The position numbers were made by a program, and so were the translations under genes. From IMG/VR virus record IMGVR_UViG_2663763534_000001: a stretch of DNA of 30,585 bases. The stretch is one strand, 5' to 3'. This DNA comes from a virus (lineage: Duplodnaviria; Heunggongvirae; Uroviricota; Caudoviricetes). Below the pieces are notes generated by a model that had not been told where the DNA came from, did not search any database, and saw only the letters and a list, made by a program, of their open reading frames with translations. Below, piece after piece: positions 16,110 to 28,768 of the stretch (positions within the stretch are counted from its first letter, which is position 1; the number at the start of each line of letters is the position of its first letter).

Positions 16110-16382
16110 ATGAAGATGGATGAACGATACAGCAGTGCATCTTATGGTAGCGCTGGTCTTGCTGCGTTCTTTGCCAGCCTGTCATTGCAGGATTGGGGCT
16201 TCATTATCGGTGTCGCGTTCAGCATTATCCTCGGTGTGCTTACATACCGGCTCAATAAACGCGAGCAGATGAAGCGCACGAAGATATTGCAGGACATATT
16301 GGATAAAACTAATACCAATAATCTTTCTGCTACAGCGATGGTTATTGGAGAGCTGGGGAAGAGAGCACCGAAGGAAATATGA
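16110..16382 (+). CDS. Holin (class II / pinholin-like, dual-start motif)
   Basis: 90-aa protein starting MKM (dual-start motif), with two hydrophobic segments ([27 protein letters not shown]) and a charged C-terminus. Sits directly upstream of the endolysin with an ATGA overlap. Confidence 0.75.
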   Translation: MKMDERYSSASYGSAGLAAFFASLSLQDWGFIIGVAFSIILGVLTYRLNKREQMKRTKILQDILDKTNTNNLSATAMVIGELGKRAPKEI

Positions 16383-16879
16383 TGCAGTCATCATTACGCA
16401 AAGCTGTCACAGCTGCTATTGGTGGCGGGGCTATTGCCATAGCGTCTATGCTCATCACTGGCCCAAGTGGTAACGATGGTCTGGAAGGTGTCAGTTACAT
16501 ACCATACAAAGATATTGTTGGCGTATGGACTGTATGTTACGGGCACACTGGAAAAGACATCATGCTCGGTAAAACGTATACCGAAGCAGAATGCAAAGCT
16601 CTCCTGAATAAAGACCTTGCCACTGTTGCCAGACAAATTAATCCGTACATCAAAGTCGATATACCGGAAACAACGCGCGGCGCTCTTTACTCGTTCGTTT
16701 ACAACGTGGGCGCTGGTAATTTCAGAACATCGACGCTTCTTCGCAAAATAAACCAGGGCGATATCAAAGGCGCATGTGATCAGCTACGTCGCTGGATATA
16801 TGCTGGCGGTAAGCAATGGAAAGGCCTGATGACTCGTCGTGAGATTGAGCGTGAAGTCTGTTTGTGGGGTCAACAATGA
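16379..16879 (+). CDS. SAR endolysin (T4-type lysozyme, GH24) with N-terminal signal-anchor-release domain
   Basis: Gly/Ala-rich N-terminal SAR segment ([20 protein letters not shown]) and catalytic E-x8-D-x5-T triad ([17 protein letters not shown]). Confidence 0.8.
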   Translation: MMQSSLRKAVTAAIGGGAIAIASMLITGPSGNDGLEGVSYIPYKDIVGVWTVCYGHTGKDIMLGKTYTEAECKALLNKDLATVARQINPYIKVDIPETTRGALYSFVYNVGAGNFRTSTLLRKINQGDIKGACDQLRRWIYAGGKQWKGLMTRREIEREVCLWGQQ

Positions 16880-17343
16880 GCAGGGTAACCGCGATTATCT
16901 CCGCTCTGGTTATCGGCATCATCGTCTGCTTGTCGTGGGCTGTTAATCATTACCGTGATAACGCCATCGCCTACAAAGAGCAGCGCGACAAAAACGCCAG
17001 AGAGCTGAAGCAGGCGACCGCCACCATTACTGACATGCAGCAGCGCCAGCGTGCTGCTGATGCACTCGATGCTAAATACACGAAGGAGTTAGCCAATGCG
17101 AAAGCTGAAAATGATGCTCTTCGGCGTAAGCTTGATAATGGTGGTCGGGTGCTCGTCAAAGGAAAATGCCCTGTGCCAGCCTCAGCCAAAACCTCCAGCG
17201 CCTCCGGCATGGGCAATGATGCCACCGTCGAACTCTCTTCAGTTGCTGGACGAAACGTTCTCGGTATCCGGGACGGAATTATCCGCGACCAAACAGCACT
17301 GAGAACGCTTCAGGAATACATCAATACGCAATGCCTGAATTAA
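16876..17343 (+). CDS. Rz: i-spanin Rz
   Basis: ATGA overlap with the endolysin. N-terminal TM segment, coiled-coil region, and an embedded Rz1 ORF. Confidence 0.75.
   Translation: MSRVTAIISALVIGIIVCLSWAVNHYRDNAIAYKEQRDKNARELKQATATITDMQQRQRAADALDAKYTKELANAKAENDALRRKLDNGGRVLVKGKCPVPASAKTSSASGMGNDATVELSSVAGRNVLGIRDGIIRDQTALRTLQEYINTQCLN
17096..17302 (+). CDS. Rz1: o-spanin Rz1 (lipoprotein), embedded in the +1 frame of Rz
   Basis: RBS ggag. Lipobox LIMVVGC-SS followed by a Pro-rich segment ([16 protein letters not shown]). Wholly inside Rz. Confidence 0.7.
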   Translation: MRKLKMMLFGVSLIMVVGCSSKENALCQPQPKPPAPPAWAMMPPSNSLQLLDETFSVSGTELSATKQH

Positions 17344-17384
17344 TCCCTCTGTATCAAAAACGAACTCAATTTGTTGGATAGTGA

Positions 17385-17696
17385 ATGAAAATTTATATTG
17401 CCGGGCCAATGACGGGATATGAGAACTTTAATCGTGACGCCTTTAATAAAGAGGCAGATCGTTTGTCACGACATGGTCACTCTGTCTTGAATCCAGCCAC
17501 TTTGCCTAATGGTCTGACACAACGTGAATACATGGATATTTGCTTTGCAATGCTTCGTTGTGCGGATGCTATTTTGATGCTTCCTGGCTGGAAAGCGTCT
17601 GCTGGAGCAACTGCTGAGTATCATTACGCATACAAGATGGAGATGCCGGTATTCACTACGCTGAATTACCCGCCAGCTTGTTCCTCTGCAGTATAA
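17385..17696 (+). CDS. Nucleoside 2-deoxyribosyltransferase-like / DUF4406-family protein
   Basis: 103-aa protein beginning MKIYIAGPMTG, a motif I associate with this family. Confidence 0.45.
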   Translation: MKIYIAGPMTGYENFNRDAFNKEADRLSRHGHSVLNPATLPNGLTQREYMDICFAMLRCADAILMLPGWKASAGATAEYHYAYKMEMPVFTTLNYPPACSSAV

Positions 17697-17743
17697 AAAT
17701 CTCTTTGTTTCTCGTGTGCGATCGTGGTCGCTCGCTAAATTCC

Positions 17744-17954
17744 GCGCTGCATCGTCGCCGTATTCCCGCATTAACTATGACCGTAGCCCGACGGGGAACT
17801 CCTCTGCGCGAGTGTGCGGAAATAATCAAAAACGATGCACACCGGGTTTTTACCGCGCTAATGATTCGCGGGTTTGTCCCTCATGCTCGCTAGTCCTGTG
17901 CGAGGGTGGAAGAAACAGGGCATGTATTCAGGAGCGTGCGACCGTGGTCGCACG
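17744..17954 (+). repeat. Direct repeat copy A (~211 bp, ~95 percent identical to copy B) ending in a sopC-like site
   Basis: Aligns base for base with 19528..19738 with about 10 substitutions. Contains a sopC-like palindrome at its 3 prime end. Confidence 0.8.
17937..17952. other. sopC-like centromere palindrome (copy 4)
   Basis: TGCGACC-GT-GGTCGCA within repeat copy A, 25 bp upstream of the cassette gene start. Confidence 0.6.
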
Positions 17955-17976
17955 GTATCTTTGTCAGGAGGTTTTG

Positions 17977-18837
17977 ATGAAAGAGTTGCAAAAAATTAAT
18001 TCAATAATGGAACGATTAATTGCTCTTGAGCTTAAGCTGGCCGATTGCGGAAAACTGTGTGCTGAAAAGCAAAATGAGCTTTACCGGGAATTTGTTACAA
18101 TCGTAAGTGAGCTGATGCCAATTGTTAATAACTGCCTAATGACATCCAGATTTTTTAATGTCGATGCTACTACATCCAGAAAATTTACTGTGAAAATTCA
18201 AGAAAGAGTTTCTGGTAGTGTGACAAGAGAGATGGCTGAACAGTTTGTGGCAATGAGTAATAAAACAAAAAGAAAAAAGGCATTGCTTGTAACAGTAAAT
18301 CAGCTTTCAGGGCGCGTTGACTTTCAGGTCAGACAGGGTGGGCGTGTACTGGTAAACGATGCGTTCGTTGGACGTTGCTTTAGTCCTTACTCGATGAAAT
18401 ATGATGTTGATGCAGATGATCAGGATATCAGCATTTCCTGGAAATCTGAGACAGCAGGGATTGTATTAACAGCAGAGTTGTTGAGTGATGATAAAAATGA
18501 TGGCCAGCATCATTTGGACGAAAAAAATCATATTTCTGAAATTTGTATGAAGCCACGTAGTGGAATGACTTTATTGTCGCGAACTCTTGCTGCTGGCTTT
18601 TCTGCAACGGAGAAACGTGTGCTTCTGGTAGTGCCTGAAGATGCAGATATTCGTCCACTGAATGGCTGTGATGTTATTAGTGCAAAAACATTGCATACCC
18701 GCATCATGCCTGTACCGGATGTGGTCATCATTGATGATATTGAGAAATGCAAGTCTGTTTCCTCAACTGCCACAATCAAACGAATTTTACGTTGTAGCAC
18801 GTCGGCTGTTGTATTCCAGAAGCAGTTACATAACTAA
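17977..18837 (+). CDS. Hypothetical protein (286 aa), first gene of a low-GC two-gene cassette; no family recognised
   Basis: ATG at 17977 with strong RBS caggagg. The longer ORF-track version (from 17716) runs through the repeat element and is unlikely. Coding sequence is AT-rich compared with the flanking lambda-like genes. Confidence 0.55.
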   Translation: MKELQKINSIMERLIALELKLADCGKLCAEKQNELYREFVTIVSELMPIVNNCLMTSRFFNVDATTSRKFTVKIQERVSGSVTREMAEQFVAMSNKTKRKKALLVTVNQLSGRVDFQVRQGGRVLVNDAFVGRCFSPYSMKYDVDADDQDISISWKSETAGIVLTAELLSDDKNDGQHHLDEKNHISEICMKPRSGMTLLSRTLAAGFSATEKRVLLVVPEDADIRPLNGCDVISAKTLHTRIMPVPDVVIIDDIEKCKSVSSTATIKRILRCSTSAVVFQKQLHN

Positions 18838-18961
18838 CCAGTTTTGTTTTGCAGAACATCCTCAACTAAAAGCTTATAGAAAGAGAGCCTGAGATATTTT
18901 TTTTCTGTCTCTCGTAGTTGTTTATTTTTTCGAACAGGCTTACAACTTACAGGATATATAC

Positions 18962-19411
18962 ATGCAAGAAGAAGCAAAGAAAATTCTTGTTGATTTATTG
19001 AACAATGCCAGCGATGGAATTGATTCCGCCATTGCATTCAGTCAGGCTCAGATTCCGGATGTTGTTCATCAGTTGCTGGTATGGAATATAGTTGATAGTC
19101 TGATTAAAACATTAATAGCCATTTCAACAATCCCGCTGGTTATTTGGTTTATGAAGAAACAGTGCAAAAAAGTTGAAATTGGTAAGTTCGATAATGACGG
19201 ACGCTCATGTGATAATGGACAGCCTAAATACAAACCGACTATGATTTGGGAAAGTGACGGTAGGTTAAGTGCTTTTGTCTTACCATTAGTAGCAGTTTTT
19301 ATTCTATGGTTAAGTTTTATTATTTCTATAGTAGCCAATATGACATGGTTAAAAATCTGGCTGGCACCTAAGTTATATCTAATCGAATACGCAGCATCAC
19401 TAATTAAATAG
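18962..19411 (+). CDS. Hypothetical integral membrane protein (149 aa, 2-3 predicted TM helices)
   Basis: Hydrophobic segments (LIKTLIAISTIPLVIWFM, AFVLPLVAVFILWLSFIISIVA). AT-rich. Weak RBS. Confidence 0.5.
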   Translation: MQEEAKKILVDLLNNASDGIDSAIAFSQAQIPDVVHQLLVWNIVDSLIKTLIAISTIPLVIWFMKKQCKKVEIGKFDNDGRSCDNGQPKYKPTMIWESDGRLSAFVLPLVAVFILWLSFIISIVANMTWLKIWLAPKLYLIEYAASLIK

Positions 19412-19527
19412 CCCATTACAAAAGCCATTCGCTACTGAGTGGCTTTGATAATGGCTTATACCCTACACGGGATAACTTAACTAATATCCCTTTTAACGGA
19501 TAAAGGTATTCAAGCCTGACACATTAT

Positions 19528-19738
19528 GCGCTGCATCGTCGCCGTATTTCCGCATTAACTATGACCGTAGCCTGACGGGGAACTCCTCTGCGCGAGTGTG
19601 TGGAAATAATCAAAAACGATGCATACCGGGTTTTTACAGCGCTAATGATTCGCGGGTTTGTCCCCCATGCTCGCCAGCTCTGTGCGGGGGTGGAAGAAAC
19701 AGGGCATGTATTCAGGAGCGTGCGACCGTGGTCGCACG
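19528..19738 (+). repeat. Direct repeat copy B (~211 bp) ending in a sopC-like site
   Basis: Partner of 17744..17954. Lies ~80 bp upstream of cos. Confidence 0.8.
19721..19736. other. sopC-like centromere palindrome (copy 5)
   Basis: TGCGACC-GT-GGTCGCA within repeat copy B. Confidence 0.6.
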
Positions 19739-19819
19739 ACGCTGGTCTGTCAGACATTGAATTCATTGCGAATAAACCAGAACGCCTGCGGGTCCTTTCC
19801 GGCGATCCGGCAGGCTACG

Positions 19820-19831
19820 GGGCGGAAGGCG
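19820..19831 (+). other. cosN-like cohesive-end site (variant of the lambda GGGCGGCGACCT)
   Basis: Flanks match the lambda cos region as I recall it (caggctacg | gggcggaaggcg | cgcgggttttcgctatttatgaaaattttccggtttaaggcg). The 12-nt core differs from canonical lambda at about 5 positions. Confidence 0.55.
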
Positions 19832-19928
19832 CGCGGGTTTTCGCTATTTATGAAAATTTTCCGGTTTAAGGCGTTTCCGTTCTTCTTCGCCGTAACTTAA
19901 TGTTTTTATTTAAAACACCCCCTGAAAA

Positions 19929-19983
19929 GAAAGGAAACGACAGATGCTGAAAACGGGCTTTTTGTCCTCTGTCGTTTCCTTTC
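19929..19983. other. cosB-like region with inverted Nu1-binding R elements
   Basis: Inverted repeat gaaaggaaacgacag ... ctgtcgtttcctttc as in lambda cosB (R3/R2), immediately upstream of Nu1. Confidence 0.55.
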
Positions 19984-20008
19984 TCTGTTTTTGTCCGTGG
20001 AATGAACA

Positions 20009-20528
20009 ATGGAAGTCAACAAAAAGCAGCTGGCTGATATTTTCGGTGCGAGTATCCGTACCATTCAGAACTGGCAGGAGCAGGGAATGCCCGTTCTGCG
20101 AGGCGGTGGCAAGGGTAATGAGGTGCTTTATGATTCTGCCGCCGTCATAAAATGGTATGCCGAAAGGGATGCTGAAATTGAGAACGAAAAGCTGCGCCGG
20201 GAGGTTGAAGAACTGCGGCTGGCCAGCGAGGCAGATCTTCACCCCGGAACACTTGAATTTGAGCGCCATCGCCTGACTCGTGCTCAGGCGACGGCGCAGG
20301 AACTGAAAAATGCCAAAGAATCGGCTGAAGTGGTGGAAACCGCATTCTGTACTTTCGTGCTGTCGCGTATAGCAAGGGAAATATCCAGTATTCTCGACGG
20401 TATTCCTCTGTCGGTGCAGCGACGTTTTCCTGAGCTGGATAACCGGCATATTGATTTCCTGAAACGGGATATCATCAAAGCCATGAACAAAGCAGCCGCG
20501 CTGGATGAACTGATACCGGGGTTGCTGA

Positions 20529-20554
<26 letters not shown>
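20009..20554 (+). CDS. Nu1: Terminase small subunit
   Basis: 181-aa protein (MEVNKKQLADIFGASIRTIQNWQEQGMPVLRGGGKGNEVLYDSAAVIKWY...) near-identical to lambda Nu1 as I recall it, with an N-terminal HTH. Confidence 0.9.
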
Positions 20555-24235
<3,681 letters not shown>

Positions 24236-24255
<20 letters not shown>

Positions 24256-25555
24256 TCTCCCGCATATTGCCAGCATGGCCTTTAATGAGCCGCTGATGCT
24301 TGAACCCGCCTATGCGCGGGTTTTCTTTTGTGCGCTTGCAGGCCAGCTTGGGATCAGCCGCCTGACGGATGCGGTGTCCGGTGACAGCCTGACTGCCGGA
24401 GAGGCACCCGCGACGCTGGCGTTATCCGTTGATGATGACGGACCACGACAGGCCCGCAGTTATCAGGTCATGAACGGCATCGCCGTGCTGCCGGTGTCCG
24501 GCACGCTGGTCAGCCGGACGCGGGCGCTGCAGCCGTATTCGGGGATGACCGGTTACAACGGCATTATCGCCCGTCTGCAACAGGCTGCCAGCGATCCGAT
24601 GGTGGACGGCATTCTGCTTGATATGGACACGCCCGGCGGGATGGTGGCGGGGGCATTTGACTGCGCTGACATCATCGCCCGTGTGCGTGACATAAAACCT
24701 GTGTGGGCGCTGGCCAACGACATGAACTGCAGTGCAGGTCAGCTGCTTGCCAGTGCCGCCTCCCGGCGCCTGGTCACGCAGACCGCCCGGACAGGCTCCA
24801 TCGGCGTCATGATGGCTCACAGTAATTACGGTGCTGCGCTGGAGAAACAGGGGGTGGAAATCACGCTGATTTACAGCGGCAGCCATAAGGTGGATGGCAA
24901 CCCCTACAGCCATCTACCGGATGACGTCCGGGAGACACTGCAGTCCAGGATGGATGCAACCCGCCGGATGTTTGCGCAGAAGGTGTCGGCATATACCGGC
25001 CTGTCCGTGCAGGCTGTTCTGGATACCGAGGCTGCAGTGTACAGCGGTCAGGAGGCCATTGATGCCGGACTGGCTGATGAACTTGTTAACAGCACCGATG
25101 CGATCACCGTCATGCGTGATGCACTGGATGCACGTAAATCCCGTCTCTCAGGAGGGCGAATGACCAAAGAGACCCAATCAACAACTGTTTCAGCCACTGC
25201 TTCGCAGGCTGACGTTACTGACGTGATGCCAGCGACGGAGGGCGAAAACGCCAGCGCGGCGCAGCCGGACGTGAACGCGCAGATCACCGCAGCGGTTGCG
25301 GCAGAAAACAGCCGCATTATGGGGATCCTCAACTGTGAGGAGGCTCACGGACGCGAAGAACAGGCACGCGTGCTGGCAGAAACCCCCGGAATGACCGTGG
25401 AAACGGCCCGCCGCATTCTGGCTGCAGCACCACAGAGTGCACAGGCGCGCAGTGACACTGCGCTGGATCGTCTGATGCAGGGTGCACCGGCACCGCTGGC
25501 TGCAGGTAACCCGGCATCTGATGCCGTTAACGATTTGCTGAACACACCAGTGTAA
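24236..25555 (+). CDS. C: Prohead protease / scaffold protein C (GTG start)
   Basis: GTG at 24236 after RBS gaggaggag gives (M)TAELRNLPHIASMAF..., 439 aa like lambda gpC. The ORF-track start at 24122 would overlap B extensively. Confidence 0.8.
24950..25555 (+). CDS. Nu3: Scaffold protein Nu3 (in-frame internal start within C)
   Basis: In-frame ATG at 24950 (MDATRRMFAQK...) gives a 201-aa product sharing the C terminus of C, as for lambda C/Nu3. Confidence 0.55.
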   Translation: MDATRRMFAQKVSAYTGLSVQAVLDTEAAVYSGQEAIDAGLADELVNSTDAITVMRDALDARKSRLSGGRMTKETQSTTVSATASQADVTDVMPATEGENASAAQPDVNAQITAAVAAENSRIMGILNCEEAHGREEQARVLAETPGMTVETARRILAAAPQSAQARSDTALDRLMQGAPAPLAAGNPASDAVNDLLNTPV

Positions 25556-25564
25556 GGGATGTTT

Positions 25565-25897
25565 ATGACGAGCAAAGAAACCTTTACCCATTACCAGCCG
25601 CTGGGCAACAGTGACCCGGCTCATACCGCAACCGCGCCCGGCGGATTGAGTGCGAAAGCGCCTGCAATGACCCCGCTGATGCTGGACACCGCCACCCGTA
25701 AGCTGGTTGCGTGGGATGGCACCACCGACGGTGCTGCCGTTGGCATTCTGGCGGTTGCAGCTGACCAGACCAGCACCACGCTGACGTTCTACAAGTCCGG
25801 CACGTTCCGTTATGAGGATGTGCTCTGGCCGAAGGCTGCCAGCGACGAGACGAAAAAACGGACCGCGTTTGCCGGAACGGCAATCAGCATCGTTTAA
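25565..25897 (+). CDS. D: Head decoration protein D
   Basis: 110-aa product from [12 protein letters not shown]..., lambda gpD-like. Confidence 0.85.
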   Translation: MTSKETFTHYQPLGNSDPAHTATAPGGLSAKAPAMTPLMLDTATRKLVAWDGTTDGAAVGILAVAADQTSTTLTFYKSGTFRYEDVLWPKAASDETKKRTAFAGTAISIV

Positions 25898-25951
25898 CCT
25901 TAACCTTCATCACTAAAGGCCGCCTGTGCGGCTTTTTTACGGGATTTTTTT

Positions 25952-26977
25952 ATGTCGATGTACACAACCGCCCAGCTGCTGGCGGCAAATGAGAAGAAAT
26001 TTAAGTTTGATCCGCTGTTTCTGCGTCTCTTTTTCCGTGAGAGCTATCCCTTCACCACGGAGAAAGTCTATCTCTCACAAATTCCGGGACTGGTAAACAT
26101 GGCGCTGTACGTTTCGCCGATTGTTTCCGGTGAGGTTATCCGATCCCGTGGCGGCTCCACCTCTGAATTTACACCGGGATATGTCAAACCCAAGCATGAG
26201 GTGAATCCGCAGATGACCCTGCGTCGCCTGCCGGATGAAGATCCACAGAATCTGGCGGACCCGGCTTACCGCCGCCGTCGCATCATCATGCAGAACATGC
26301 GAGACGAAGAGCTGGCCATTGCTCAGGTCGAAGAGATGCAGGCAGTTTCTGCCGTGCTTAAGGGCAAATACACCATGACCGGTGAAGCCTTCGATCCGGT
26401 TGAAGTGGATATGGGCCGCAGTGCGGCGAACAACATCACACAGTCCGGTGGTACGGAGTGGAGCAAGCGTGACAAGTCCACGTATGACCCGACCGACGAT
26501 ATCGAAGCCTACGCGCTGAACGCCAGCGGCGTGGTGAATATCATCGTGTTTGATCCGAAAGGCTGGGCGCTGTTCCGTTCCTTCAAAGCCGTCAAGGAGA
26601 AGCTGGATACCCGTCGCGGCTCTAATTCCGAGCTGGAGACAGCGGTAAAAGACCTGGGCGAAGCGGTGTCCTATAAGGGGATGTATGGCGATACGGCGAT
26701 CGTCGTGTATTCCGGACAGTACGTGGAAAACGACGTCAAAAAGAACTTCCTGCCGGACAACACGATGGTGCTGGGGAACACTCAGGCACGCGGTCTGCGC
26801 ACCTATGGCTGCATTCAGGATGCGGACGCACAGCGCGAAGGTATTAACGCCTCTGCCCGCTACCCGAAAAACTGGGTGACCACCGGCGATCCGGCGCGTG
26901 AGTTCACCATGATTCAGTCAGCACCGCTGATGCTGCTGGCTGACCCTGATGCGTTCGTGTCCGTACAACTGGCGTAA
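25952..26977 (+). CDS. E: Major capsid protein E
   Basis: 341-aa protein (MSMYTTAQLLAANE..., ending SVQLA), lambda gpE-like. Confidence 0.9.
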   Translation: MSMYTTAQLLAANEKKFKFDPLFLRLFFRESYPFTTEKVYLSQIPGLVNMALYVSPIVSGEVIRSRGGSTSEFTPGYVKPKHEVNPQMTLRRLPDEDPQNLADPAYRRRRIIMQNMRDEELAIAQVEEMQAVSAVLKGKYTMTGEAFDPVEVDMGRSAANNITQSGGTEWSKRDKSTYDPTDDIEAYALNASGVVNIIVFDPKGWALFRSFKAVKEKLDTRRGSNSELETAVKDLGEAVSYKGMYGDTAIVVYSGQYVENDVKKNFLPDNTMVLGNTQARGLRTYGCIQDADAQREGINASARYPKNWVTTGDPAREFTMIQSAPLMLLADPDAFVSVQLA

Positions 26978-27018
26978 TCATGGCCCTTCGGGGCCATTTT
27001 CTCTCTGTGGAGGAGTCC

Positions 27019-27414
27019 ATGACGAAAGATGAACTGATTGCCCGTCTCCGCTCGCTGGGTGAACAACTGAACCGTGATATCAGCCTGACGGGGACGAAAG
27101 AAGAACTGGCGCTCCGTGTGGCAGAGCTGGAAGAAGAGCTTGATGACACGGGCGACACTGCCGGTCAGGATACCCCTCTCAGCCCGGAAAATGTGCTGAC
27201 CGGACATGAAAATGAGGTTGTATCAGCGCAGCCGGATACCGTGACTGATACGGCTGATCTGGTCACGGTTGTGGCACTGGTGACGCTGCATACTGATGCA
27301 CTTCACGCCACGCGGGATGAGGCTGTGGCATTTGTGCTGCCGGGAACGGCGTTCCGTGTCTCTGCCGGTGTGGCAGCTGAAATGACAGAGCGCGGCCTGG
27401 CCAGAATGCAATAA
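27019..27414 (+). CDS. FI: DNA-packaging protein FI
   Basis: Start at MTKDELIARLRSLGEQLN after RBS ggagg; lambda FI-like. Confidence 0.8.
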   Translation: MTKDELIARLRSLGEQLNRDISLTGTKEELALRVAELEEELDDTGDTAGQDTPLSPENVLTGHENEVVSAQPDTVTDTADLVTVVALVTLHTDALHATRDEAVAFVLPGTAFRVSAGVAAEMTERGLARMQ

Positions 27415-27425
27415 CGGGAGGCGCT

Positions 27426-27779
27426 GTGGCTGATTTCGATAACCTGTTCGATGCTGCCATTGCCTGCGCCGATGAAACGATACGCGGGTACATGGGAACG
27501 TCAGCCACCATGACATCCGGTGAGCAGTCCGGTGCTGTGATACGTGGTGTTTTTGATGACCCTGAAAATATCAGCTATGCCGGACAGGGCGTGCGCGTTG
27601 AAGGCTCCAGCCCGTCCCTGTTTGTCCGGACTGATGATGTGCGGCAGCTGCGGCGCGGCGACACGCTGATCATCGGTGAGGAAAACTTCTGGATAGACCG
27701 GATTTCGCCGGATGATGGCGGAAGCTGTCATCTCTGGCTTGGTCGGGGCGTACCGCCTGCCGTTAACCGTCGCCGCTGA
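27426..27779 (+). CDS. FII: Head completion protein FII
   Basis: 117-aa protein (MADFDNLFDAAIA...), lambda FII-like. Confidence 0.85.
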   Translation: MADFDNLFDAAIACADETIRGYMGTSATMTSGEQSGAVIRGVFDDPENISYAGQGVRVEGSSPSLFVRTDDVRQLRRGDTLIIGEENFWIDRISPDDGGSCHLWLGRGVPPAVNRRR

Positions 27780-27790
27780 AAGGGGGATGT

Positions 27791-28369
27791 ATGGCCATAA
27801 AAGGTCTTGAGCAGGCCGTTGAAAACCTCAGCCGTATCAGCAGAACGGCGGTGCCCGGTGCCGCCGCAATGGCCATTAACCGCGTTGCTTCATCCGCGAT
27901 ATCGCAGTCGGCGTCACAGGTTGCCCGTGAGACAAAGGTACGCCGGAAACTGGTAAAGGAAAGGGCCAGGCTGAAAAGGGCCACGGTCAAAAATCCGCAG
28001 GCCAGAATCAAGGTTAACCGGGGGGATTTGCCCGTAATAAAGCTGGGTAACGCGCGGGTTGTCCTGTCCCGACGCAGGCGTCGTAAAAAGGGGCAGCGTT
28101 CATCCCTGAAAGGTGGCGGCAGCGTGCTTGTGGTGGGAAACCGTCGTATTCCCGGCGCGTTTATTCAGCAACTGAAAAATGGCCGGTGGCATGTCATGCA
28201 GCGTGTGGCCGGGAAAAACCGTTACCCCATTGATGTGGTGAAAATCCCGATGGCGGTGCCGCTGACCACGGCGTTTAAACAGAATATTGAGCAGATACGG
28301 CGTGAACGTCTTCCGAAAGAGCTGGGCTATGCGCTGCAGCATCAACTTAGGATGGTAATAAAGCGATGA
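27791..28369 (+). CDS. Z: Tail completion protein Z
   Basis: 192-aa protein (MAIKGLEQAVENLSRIS...), lambda gpZ-like. Confidence 0.85.
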   Translation: MAIKGLEQAVENLSRISRTAVPGAAAMAINRVASSAISQSASQVARETKVRRKLVKERARLKRATVKNPQARIKVNRGDLPVIKLGNARVVLSRRRRRKKGQRSSLKGGGSVLVVGNRRIPGAFIQQLKNGRWHVMQRVAGKNRYPIDVVKIPMAVPLTTAFKQNIEQIRRERLPKELGYALQHQLRMVIKR

Positions 28370-28761
28370 AACATACTGATATCCGTGCAGCCGTACTGGA
28401 TGCACTGGAGAGGCATGACACCGGGGCGACGTTTTTTGATGGTCGCCCCGCTGTTTTTGATGAGGCGGATTTTCCGGCAGTTGCCGTTTATCTCACCGGC
28501 GCTGAATACACGGGCGAAGAGCTGGACAGCGATACCTGGCAGGCGGAGCTGCATATCGAAGTTTTCCTGCCTGCTCATGTGCCGGATTCAGAGCTGGATG
28601 CGTGGATGGAGTCCCGGATTTATCCGGTGATGAGCGATATCCCGGCACTGTCAGATTTGATCACCAGTATGGTGGCCAGTGGCTATGACTACCGGCGCGA
28701 CGATGATGCGGGCCTGTGGAGTTCAGCCGATCTGACTTATGTCATTACCTATGAAATGTGA
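28366..28761 (+). CDS. U: Tail terminator protein U
   Basis: 131-aa protein ([26 protein letters not shown]...), lambda gpU-like; ATGA overlap with Z. Confidence 0.85.
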   Translation: MKHTDIRAAVLDALERHDTGATFFDGRPAVFDEADFPAVAVYLTGAEYTGEELDSDTWQAELHIEVFLPAHVPDSELDAWMESRIYPVMSDIPALSDLITSMVASGYDYRRDDDAGLWSSADLTYVITYEM

Positions 28762-28768
28762 GGACGAT

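Noticed and set aside
17716-17976. N-terminal 87-codon extension of the 373-aa ORF in the track
   Set aside because: The extension runs through the 211-bp repeat and the sopC-like palindrome and has no RBS. A strong RBS and ATG at 17977 give a better start.
19600-19900. ORFs of 80-89 aa spanning repeat copy B and cos
   Set aside because: They cross the conserved repeat element and the cos site; cos-proximal sequence is non-coding in lambda-like phages.
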